From: Octopus sinensis
Taxonomy: Eukaryota
Direction: 5' to 3'
Length of the DNA stretch: 64,000 nt
Assembly: GCF_006345805.1 (NCBI RefSeq)
Contig: NC_043011.1
Location: 4,464,001 to 4,528,000 of the forward strand
Shown here: positions 40,701 through 52,325 of the stretch, one piece after another
Layout: each line of letters starts with the position of its first letter
Position numbering within the stretch: position 1 is the stretch's first letter
Position numbers and translations under genes: made by a program
Notes under the pieces: model-generated
What the model was told of the DNA's origin: nothing
What the model saw: the letters and a program-made list of their open reading frames with translations, nothing else
Database searches by the model: none

Positions 40701-43700
40701 TGTAGTAATTAGAGAAAATTTTCTTCATATTGTGCATTGAAGACAAGACACGTCAACTGAGGTATTTCCCTCAAAGATATTGGCTAAAAAGGTGGCGAGC
40801 CGGCTGAAACGTTAGCACGCATGGCGAAATGCATAGCCGTATTTCGTCTGCCGTTACGTTCTGAGTTCAAATTCCACCGAGGTCGACTTTACCTTTCATC
40901 CTTCCGGGGTCAATAAATCAAGTACCAGTTACGCACTGGGGTCGATGTAATCGGCTTAATCCATTTGTCTGTCCTTGTTTGTCCCCTCTGTGTTTAGCCC
41001 CTTGTAGGTAGTAAAGAAATAGATGTTGGCTAAAACTGGCAAATGCAGGTACAGGAATTGAACCTTTTGACTTAGACTATACTCTACTGCATCACATTGC
41101 TAACCACTTCACTTGACTAATATTTGTTTCACAAAATAGTTCACTACAAAAACTGGAATTATTGTCTATTGTGTAGGCAAGCTGGCAGAATCATGAGCAA
41201 GCTGGGCGAAATTCTTAGCAGTATATTGTCCACCTTTATGTTCTGAGTTTCAATTCCACCAACACTGACTTTTCCTTTCATCCTTTTGGGGTTGTTAGAT
41301 AGGTACCACTTATGCCCTGGGGTTAGTGTAACTTACTTAACTACTCCTGGGTAAAAGTATAAAAGAAATTTGCACCCATATCAAGAAATTTGCAAAGCCA
41401 TATGAGTTGGCTCATCAAACCAGTATGATCTCTAGCTCAAATTCACAGCCTCCACATGAGACTTTGGTCAGTGGAGGGAGCATACTGAGGCCTTCATCCT
41501 GCAGTGGGCTGACCACAGGCAATCCAATCAATCTAATATATTCTAATATAAAACAAGCTACAAGTAAACAAGGCATAATTTAAAAATTATTGTAATTAAA
41601 AATTTAGATAGTTTACTTCAGTCGTTTTCTCAATTTTTGATGCCTACCCATCATGTACAGATATACTGATTCCCTTATCACTTACCTAGTAAGATCTTAT
41701 GCTCCACTAAAGAAGCCTAATAAGACAGGAACATGTCTGGAACTGTCATCCATACTTACAAAACCGAGATAAAAATATTTGTCATTTAGTTTATGTTTTA
41801 TTTTCTGTTCTGTATAAGTATTAATTAATTAGATTATTTTTCTCTTGCTACATTCAAGTATGATGACTAAAACTTCACTGTTATTTTTCAGCTAGATGTT
41901 ATCACCAGGTAACTTCCCCTGGTCATAAACATCAACCTATTTGTTCAGAACTATGGGTGTGAATGAGTTATATGTTTTGTGCGTGTGTGGAGGAATTACA
42001 ACCATGTTACGTGGTCTGCTACCACCACAGCTCCTTTATAGGATCCAGTTAGCTCAAGACATCATCAGGAGGAACCACGTCCGGTTTCGGCCCCTACTCT
42101 TCTACCGTTTTGACGTGGTGAGCCCCCTCCCCTTTCGGAGGTGTCTTCAGCTCTGGTGTTGGGTGCGTGTCTTCTTTCTTCTGTTCCCTGGCCTCTTCGA
42201 TGTATCGTCAGCGAGTGTCAGTCAGTGACTGACTGACTTGTCAATTTTTCCCTTTAAATACCTGCTGCTAGGCTCCAGCAGGCAGCCCCAGCAAGTTGGC
42301 ACGTGACACTGTCTCACCTTAACTGACTGGTGAAGGCACGTAGTTTTAGCCCGCGCATTCTCTAAACAACCGTCACCTGTCAGTCAGCGAAGCTGATTCA
42401 GTGTCAGCTTGTCTCACCTAATGATGTTATTTCCTGCCGGCATGTTATGACTTTCAAGTCATTTTTGGTCTTACCGCTTCAGCCATATATAGAAGCTGGC
42501 TTTTTCGACCGCCTCCTCTACTCTCCTTATTAGTTTTCGCAGCTCGGAGCTAGAAAAAAACAAATCTTCTTTTGAAAAGCGTTATCATTTTCCTTTCAAT
42601 GAAGCCTCTAGTCCCCACTGCCAGGTGATAATATTCGACATTCCATCCCTGTGTATTTTATAGTGCGACTGTCTTTTAGCGGTCAGTCTCTCTGATTACA
42701 CGTGTCAGGTTCTTTGCAATCTTAGCGCTTGACTGTCTTCCTGTCCATCCATCCAACCACCCAGCCAAGTATTAGGTCTGCTTCCTACTAATCTACAGAT
42801 CTGTTTTCATGTAGCATTCTTTTCTCCTCTCAGTTCTTGTTGAGAGGAGCCACTATGTTTTTTTTCTTATTCTGGAAGTTGGGGGTCATCTAACCCATAC
42901 TTTCACCAAATTTTACCTGACAATATCGTTGCATGTTTCACTGAGATTTTGCTTTCTCTGCCATCTCATTCATTTGGACTCTATTTATTCTCCTTCCAGG
43001 AAAAATGGAAAACATTGTCTTACCCTTCGTACCACACTGCCTATGACACATTTTATTATTACACTAAATTCGTAGACCCCAGCTTCAATTATACACTTGC
43101 TATCTCACAGTTGTGGTCAATACTAGCCTGGTAAGTGAACCTTCTTATTGATCTGTTTATTTCATATGTAAAACAAAAAACAGTTTTTAAAAATAAATAA
43201 GCGCAGGAGTGGCTGTGTGGTAAGTAGCTTGCTAACCAACCACATGGTTCCAGGTTCAGTCCCACTGCGTGGCATCTTGGGCAAGTGTCTTCTGCTATAG
43301 CCCCAGGCCGACCAATGCCTTGTGAGTGGATTTGGTAGATGGAAACTGAAAGAAGCCTGTCCCATATATGTATATATATATATATATATATATGTACGTT
43401 TGTGTGTCTGTGTTTGTCCCCCTAGCATTGCTTGACAACCGATGCTGGTGTGTGTTTACGTCCCCGTCACTTAGCAGTTCGGCAAAAGAGACCGATAGAA
43501 TAAGTACTGGGCTTACAAAGAATAAGTCCCGGGGTCGATTTGCTCGACTAAAGGCGGTGCTCCAGCATGGCCGCAGTCGAATGACTGAAACAAGTAAAAG
43601 AGTAAGCTGATGTGTTTGTGTAATTATGAAACAACTTCACAACTTCTGGTTTCATTTCATTGAAGAGCAGGTATGGAAAATGTCTTCAACTACATCCTTA

Positions 43701-43992
43701 GGTTGGGCAATATTTTGTAAGTGGAATTTGATAAAGAGAAACTATGAAGAAGCCCTTTCCATCCATATATATGTACAGAGGGGGTGCTGAAAAGTTCCTG
43801 GTTTTGGGTAAAAAAAAATACAGGAGGATCAATCACGATTTTATTCAGCACATCCTCTTCACAGATTCACACACTTATGGCAGCGGTCATTTAATTTTTC
43901 TAAGCCCTGTAAAAGAACTTGGAAGGTTGGTTCTCCAACCAAGCCTTTTGCAAATCCTTAATGCCAGGAACTTTTGCAGACCCCATTGTACG

Positions 43993-44024
<32 letters not shown>

Positions 44025-44414
44025 TATAGTTAATCCAAACAAGAAAAGCACAAAAAAACACAACAACATGAGGACGTGGAACAAATATAGTATTATTGGA
44101 TGCTCAGGAAAGAAGGAGGGTTTAACGTTTCGAGCGGAGCTCTTCGTCGGAAATATAGGAGAAGGAAAGATCCAGGGAAGGGAAGACATAGGGAAAAAAA
44201 TCGCCAACGGTACACATGAGTCACATTTTGATATATATATATATTATTAGAAGAAATAGCTAAGATGTTTGATTGCTATTTCTTAACTTCGATCTTTGCT
44301 GAACCCTAATTATAAAGTATTACTTAAGCTTACCATGAAATGGTCTTTCATGCCGAATTCTACTTGGTGAAATTACTGATTACTTTTTAATTGATTAATT
44401 TTACCCTTTGTTAT

Positions 44415-44451
<37 letters not shown>

Positions 44452-44658
44452 AATGTATGTGTGTGTGTGTGTGTCTGTAAGTGTGTCCACTAAACCATAG
44501 ATTCTACTACATAAGGTGCACAAGGGATCATGCTGAATATCACACTGGTAGACAGGGACACCTCCATGACCACGCTTGTGGTTACTTTTGAGTAACAAAC
44601 ACAATCACATTTGGCCACATGAAAGGGACATTGGCATTGTTGGTCCCAGCGTGGTCAG

Positions 44659-44691
<33 letters not shown>

Positions 44692-47593
44692 GCTGCTGCT
44701 GGAGAGTTGACCTGGAATTGGTGCGGAATAACTTGTTTAAGCCCTTCTCAGTTTTTGGAGCCCTCTGAGATGACATTGGCGAAAAAGGAGACCAAATGTA
44801 AGGAGTTTCTTTGAGTGAAACGGATTTAGGAAATTGTCTTACCTGGTCACACGTCAACATCCATCATGTATATTTGTAAGACATTTTATTTTTGTTGTCA
44901 CATTTTATGACGCATAGAGCGGCAGTTTGACAGAGATGGATCAAATCCATAGTGGATTTGATGTGGTCTTTTACAAGTCTTAAAGGTGGTGCTTCAGTAT
45001 AGCAACACACCAGTGACTGAAACCAGTAAAAAAGTAATGTGGTTAGATTGTCCGAAAGAGAAAAACATATTTCCTCATGCCAGGGAGGAACAAAGGGATC
45101 TTGACTTCATATACTCTTTTACTCTTTTACTTGTTTCAGTCATGTGGCTGTGGCCATGCTGGAGCACCGCCTTTAGTCGATCAAATCGACCCCAGGACTT
45201 ATTCTTTGTAAAGCCTAGTACTTATTTTATCGGTCACTTTTTTGCCGAACTGCTAAGTTATGGGGACGTAAACACACCAGCATTGGTTGTCAAGCGATGT
45301 TGGGGGGACAAACACACAGACACAAACACGCACATATATATATATATATATACATATTTATATATACATATATACGACGGACTTCTTTCAGTTTCCATCT
45401 ACCAAATCCACTCACAAGGCTTTGGTCGGCCCGAGGCTATAGTAGAAGACACTTACCCAAGGTGCCACGCAGTGGGACTGAACCCGGAACCATGTGGTTC
45501 GTAAGCAAGCTACTTACCACACAGCCACTCCTATGCCTATATAACATTTTCCTCTCCAACATTTCTCCTTGTTTCAAATTTTTTCCAATACAAATTTGTT
45601 TTTAGTTTTTACTTAACATTTTCTCTGTAAAAGCTATTGTTAACCATTACTTTATCAATTTTTATAATAACCAATATTCTATATGTAGATATGGTGATAG
45701 AACTCAATTGTAGCGTGGAAGGTGTTTGTAAGCCATTTAAGAAACACACAAAAGCCGTTCGATTCACTTCAACATTTAAGTTTAATTTGTCAAAATATTT
45801 TCGTCGCTAAAATCCGCGACCTGTTCACTTACAAAAATCCGTGCTGCATCGCTTTCTCAGATGCAGCATGGAGTTTTGTCAGTGAACAGGTCGCGGTCTT
45901 AAAGCGACGAAAATATTTTGACAAATTAAACTTAAATGTTGAAGTGAATCGAATGGCATTTGTATGTTTCTTAAATGGCTTATAAACACCTTCCACGCTG
46001 CAATTGTTTTCGTTTCAGCACACGATCTCAGATCATATCACTTGCTATGCGAGTACATCTCCGGTGATAGAACTGATGTCTCATAAACTGAAAGTTATAA
46101 TCCAGTGTTTCCCAACTTATTTCCTCCCAGGCCCCACCATAACTTTCCAGAAAAATGTATGCACCACTGTGGCTGGAGAAACAACTTCATTTTTAATATT
46201 TTAACACACTTATTTGATACAAAAGAATCTACCAGTAATTCTTTTATTAAGTACTGAGTACAAAAGAGTACATTATAGATCAAGGAAAAAAATAGGGAAT
46301 CTCTTTAATGCGAACCTTGTGCCTGGTGACTACGGCAGATTTCCTTGATTTGAGGGGACAATTTTGTTCGCTTCAACCATAAATCAGCACATTTTGTAAT
46401 TTTAAGTCTGCTTCTTTTGGCTCGAACCAAATCATCAACAGCTCTAAAGCCACATCATCATCATCATCATCATCATCGTTTAACGTCCGTTTTCCATGCT
46501 GGCATGGGTTGGACGGTTCGACCGGGGATCTGGGAAGCCAGAAGGCTGCACCAGGCTCCAGTCTGATCTGGCAGTGTTTCTACAGCTGGATGCCCTTCCT
46601 AACGCCAACCACTCCGTGAGCGTAGTGGGTGCTACGTGCCACCGACACAGGTGCCAGACGAGGCTGGCAACGGCCACAGTCGGATCTATGTATTTTAAGT
46701 GCCACCGGCATGGGAGCCAGTCGAGGCGACACTGGCATCGGCCACAATTCGGATGGTGCTTAAGACTTGGGGGAACGAATGAAAAACTCCTTTGCTGAAA
46801 TGTCAGTGTTAGGTAGGGTATCTCCTTTCAACTTCATCACATAATCACTGTTTCGTACCTTTCATTTTGAACAATGTATTCACTGATTCATCATGTAATT
46901 TTTTTCGTGGAACTGTATTGAAAGTTCAGGGATGTCTATTAGCAGGGATTGAGTCAACCAACAGACTGGGAAAAAAAGATATTCACAATTTCATTAAACA
47001 AAAAAAAAATAGAAGAAAATGTTGTACTCTGCGTCCCAATACTGGAAATTTACTGCCAAAATGAATCTTGAATAAAAATGTTTTGTTTTTAAGGGAAGCA
47101 ACTCTGTATAAAAATTGTTTGGTTATCTCCCTTGGAAAAAATTTTAAATATAGCGTTATACCATCGAGAATTTCTCAGAGCAGAATTCCTTCCCCTAAAA
47201 GATTTTGGAAATTTTCATTTATCAACTCTAAACAAAACATAACTAGTAACTCCTATCCAGAATACATTTAGGACCATCTTTCTTCTTATTTCGCTTAATA
47301 ACCTATATTATAATAGTGATGTTGGACTTGTGCTATCGTTAGTGATTTAGATAATAATTCTTGCTGAAGTTCAGTAATTTTAGTGGGACAATAACCATTT
47401 ATAGAAGAGGTTAATTATAACCCCGTCCTTAACTTTAATTCCTCTTTCTGATGAAGAGCCATGCTCAGAATATCAGACGCCACTGTTTTTCTCATCTTAA
47501 AATGTGTTTCAGCCTAATACATTCACTGTGTCTGTCCTTTGAACTTTTGTTGTTTTTGTTTTATATATATACATATACATATATATATATATG

Positions 47594-47630
<37 letters not shown>

Positions 47631-50600
47631 TAATAATAATAATGAAATTATTGTATACAGTGCTCAGGTGCACCATTTATAAACAAGGAGTTACAACATC
47701 TTTACTTGTGAGATTTTTGCTGCCCTGGTAACTATTTATTTTTTTTTTCCGTGTTAATTGTTAACAAGGTAAAAATACACTCATCTATATATATGTGTAT
47801 ATATATATTATATATATATTTATATATATAGAATGTAAATAAGTGACAAGAATGTTCAGGTATCAATACGTTATGTCAGTTTGAAAGAAACTGCTCTCCT
47901 CAAATGTAAATGACCCTATAGATTTCCAACATAAAAGATAAACCAGTTTTAACAAATTTATATCAATACTAGAAACCAAAACAATTACATTGCTTCCTTG
48001 TGTTATATTTGTGGCAGAATGAGTCTAGAAAAAAAATTCATATAGGCACAGGGGTGGCTGTGCGGTAAGTAGCTTGCTTCCCAACCACATGGTTCTGGGT
48101 TCAGTCCCACTGTGTGTGTGTGTGTGTGTGTAAGCAGATAGATTGATCACTCATGCTAATAAATCGTTTTTACTATTTTGCAGTTACCTGGCTGAAGACA
48201 AAATTTTAGAATTTGATCTCCGGCGATATTCCAACATCATTGCAGTGTCTGTGTATGACTTATGTAAAAAGCATGATCACATTTTCTCAAACCGTTCAGT
48301 CAATATTGGTTAGTTACTTCTTTATTTTCATTTTCCAATTTCTTCTATCACAAGGTCTGAAGGAAATGACAGTATACCCTTCGCAATTTATACAAGTGAT
48401 ACCATTTCCTGATTGATATATAGTCTTTACTACCCACAAGGGGCTAAACATAGGGGGGGACAGACAAAGGGATTAAATCGATTATATCGACCCAGTGCGA
48501 AACTGGTACTTTTATTTATCAACCCCGAGAGGATGAAAGCCAAAGTCCACCTCGGTGAAATTTGAACTCAGAACGTAATGACAGATGAAATACCTATTTT
48601 GTTATTACCCACAAGGGGTTAAACATAGAGCGGACAAACAAGGACAGACAAAGGGATTAAGTCGATTATATCAACCCAGTGCGAAACTGGTACTTTTATT
48701 TATCGACCCCGAGAGGATGAAAGGCAAAGTCCACCTCGGTGAAATTTGAACTCAGAACATAATGGCAGATGAAATACCGCTAAGCATTTCACCCGGCGCG
48801 CTAACGTTTCTGCCAGTTCCCCGCCTTTCTGATTGATATAAGGTTGCTTTTGAACCATTTAAAGTCAATTCATGTGGGAAAGAGATGAACAAAGAGGGAG
48901 TTTCAAAGGGCTGATATTCTAGAAAGGAAGGAAACTAATCCCTAAACCCAGGTTTAGGGATTAGTTGGGTCTTGGGATTGTTGAGTACAACAAACGTGAT
49001 GAGTGGAAGAGAAGCAAATGAACTGGGAATACCTGACTGTGATATGAGCCCAGCCATCTCTGTCAAACAAAGGATGTCACAGAAGCAGTAGAAAAGGCAG
49101 ACGGAGGAGACAATACACCTGTGGGTCAGAAGATGAGAGGTGTCTGTGACTTTATGCCAGTTAGTCAGGTTGTCCTTTTGTTGATGCAGTCCAGGATGTC
49201 TGTCTGAGTAGCAGCAGTGTTTTCCCAGGTGCGAGAGCAATAATCCGTTATTGACCACACCTGAGCTTTGTCCAACTATCTAGTACTCTGTTTCTATCTG
49301 TACTCTTTTTGACCTCATGATCAACTTCAACCAAATTAACTGCACCTTAACTGTTGGAAATTTGAGCCATAATCTCTCCATAAAAAGAAGCAAATTGTCA
49401 AACTGCTCACTGTACAACTTGGTACCTTGGGTGCCTTTGACAGAGTCCATTCTGTTGCAAGTATATGGATCAAGCTTCCTGTTTAAAGAAGGGTACCTTC
49501 CTCCCTACCTTCCATCTGTCTTGTGGGGGGAAGTCATAAGCTGCTTCTTCTACTGACTAAAAGAATGAGGAGGGGAATATTAAAATATATAATATTATTT
49601 TATAGCAATGTCTGTACATATACGACATGAATGCTCCAATAGAAATAGTTGATAGCTTCTGTTGCCTAGGTAACCTAATGGACTATGAGGAAGGCTGAAG
49701 AACAAGAAAAGAACAAGGTGGGTTAAGTTCAGGGCACGATTACCTCCCCTGTGAACAGTGGAGCACATATTGTTTATCAAATCTACAATAAATGAAAAGT
49801 CAACATGGATTTTGTTTGTTATTTCATGGCAAAAATGACTTTCTTATAATGTAATTGTTTTGCCTTCAACACGTGGTCTAGGAACAATGAATACACCCAC
49901 CCACACATACATACACACACGCATACACACACACACGCACACACACACGCATGCATACATACATATATATATATATATATAGAATGGTTGTATACTGTCA
50001 ATCTAACGTGAACGTGACAGTAGGGGGTTACACCACCGCTGTTTAGCCCTAGGAAGCATCGACTCTTTCCTAGGGCTAAACAGCAGTGGTGTAACCTCCT
50101 ACTGTCACGTTCACGTTAGATTGACAGTATACAACCATTCTATCGCCCCACCACCGTACATATCTCTATGAGAGATTTAGAAATTTAATAATTTCTTATA
50201 TATATATATATATATAAAAGGATAAACGTTGCTCTTTTCAAGCCCAGCCAGGCTCATGGGCCCAGTTTCCCAGTTTCAATGATGTATGTGTTCCTTCAGT
50301 CCATCGTAGCGTTACTCAAGAAACAGGAAGAGAGAGTCCGCTGCCCTAACCACTGGGCCATTGTGCCTCCACGCATACATATATATACATATATATAAAA
50401 TGTAATCTTATTTTATCTTTTCAGAGTCATTACATGATGCCTCAAAGAAATTTGTACAAGCAACAGAAAAATTTCATGATTTCTATAAACCTAAAATTGA
50501 TGCAGACAAGTAAGTTTCCAACCGTTGGTTGTTCCCACTCTTACTGCAACAAGATTTCAGATGTGTGCATTTGCTTTGATTATTGATACCTTCAAGTGAT

Positions 50601-50755
50601 TGCTGAACTATTTTTAAAATAAGACCATCTAAGTTCCAGTTCACAAGTGACTTGTATTCCTGCTATTGTTCTTTATTTGCTATTCAGCATTGTTGCATGG
50701 ACTACATGGAATATATTTTTTATGTGAATAATGTTGAAATTATGTTTATATATAT

Positions 50756-50791
<36 letters not shown>

Positions 50792-51132
50792 CAGAGAGAG
50801 AGAGAGAGAGAGAGTTATAATTGTACTTTATAATCTCTGATAAGGCCTTGAGATATATATATAAGTAACTCATTTTTAAGTGCATATTACCTCAATACAT
50901 ATGACTAATATAGGCACAATGAGAAACCTTTATCTACAGGCTGAAACAGCTGTAAGATCCATTTTATATGTATTATTTTTATGGTATTATCTTACTTATT
51001 GATGTATATTGTTTTATTCTGTTGGATTTGGATGTTCCTATTTAAGTAGTTAATAAATAATATGAATTGGTAATATCTGTAAGTCGATGATTGAAAGGAA
51101 TCTGTTCCTCCATTTTCTTATTTGTATTATAT

Positions 51133-51170
<38 letters not shown>

Positions 51171-52294
51171 GGCATAGGCATGGCTGTGTAGTAAGAAGCT
51201 TGCTTCTCAACTACATGGTTCCAGGTTCAGTCCCACTGCATGGCACCTTGGACATGTGTATTCTACTATAGTCTCAGGTTGACCAAAGCTTTGTGAGTGG
51301 ATTTGGTTGACGGAAACTGAAAGAAGCCCATTGTATGTGTGTGTGTGTGTGTGTGCATGCGTTTGTCTTCCACCACTGCTTGGCAACCAGTGTTGGTGTG
51401 TTTACCTCCCTATAACTTTGCAGTTTGGCTAAAAGAGACCGATCGAATATGTACTAGGCTTCAAAAAATAAGTCCTAGTGTTGATTTGTTTGGTTAAAAT
51501 CAATCCTTCAAGGTGGTGCCCCAGCATAGCTGCAGTCTCATGACTAAAACAAGTAAAGTGTTTTACCTTTTACTTATTTCAGTAATTAGGCTGTGGCCAT
51601 GCTGGGGCACTGGCTTGAAGAATTTTTTGTCTGATGAAATGACCCCAGGACTTATCTTTTAAAGTCTGACGCTTTATCTAATCCACCTCTTGAGCCAAAC
51701 TTCTAAGAGGGATGTAAGCAAACCAATACCTGTTATCGTGGGGAACAAAGACAGACAGACACAGAAACACTCAAACACATACACACTTATTTATATATAT
51801 ATATATATATATGAGACAGGCTTCTTTCAGTTTCCATCTACTGAATCCACTCATAAGACTTTGGTTGTCCCAGGGCCACAGCATGGCCACAGCCTAATTA
51901 CTGAAATAAGTAAAAGGTAAAACACTTTACTTGTTTTAGTCATTAGACTGCAGCTATGCTGGGGCACCACCTTGAAGGATTGATTTTAACCAAACAAATC
52001 AACACTAGGACTTATTTTTTGAAGCCTAGTACATATTCGATCGGTCTCTTTTAGCCAAACTGCAAAGTTATAGGGAGGTAAACACACCAACACTGGTTGC
52101 CAAGCAGTGGTGGAAGACAAACGCATGCACACACACACACACACATACAATGGGCTTCTTTCAGTTTCCGTCAACCAAATCCACTTGCCCAAGGTGCCAT
52201 GCTGAAGACTGAACCTGGAACAATGTGGTTTGGAAGCAAACTTCTTACCACACAGCCACATATACACTAGGTGTATGTGTGTACGTGTGTGTAC

Positions 52295-52325
<31 letters not shown>

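Noticed and set aside
42060-42230. Minus-strand CUGAAGA/CUGAUGA and GAAACC..GGUU motifs
   Set aside because: Stem I and stem II could not be closed in any permutation tried
46103-47280. Second cagtgtttcccaac hAT-like end
   Set aside because: No matching opposite TIR or transposase motif identified
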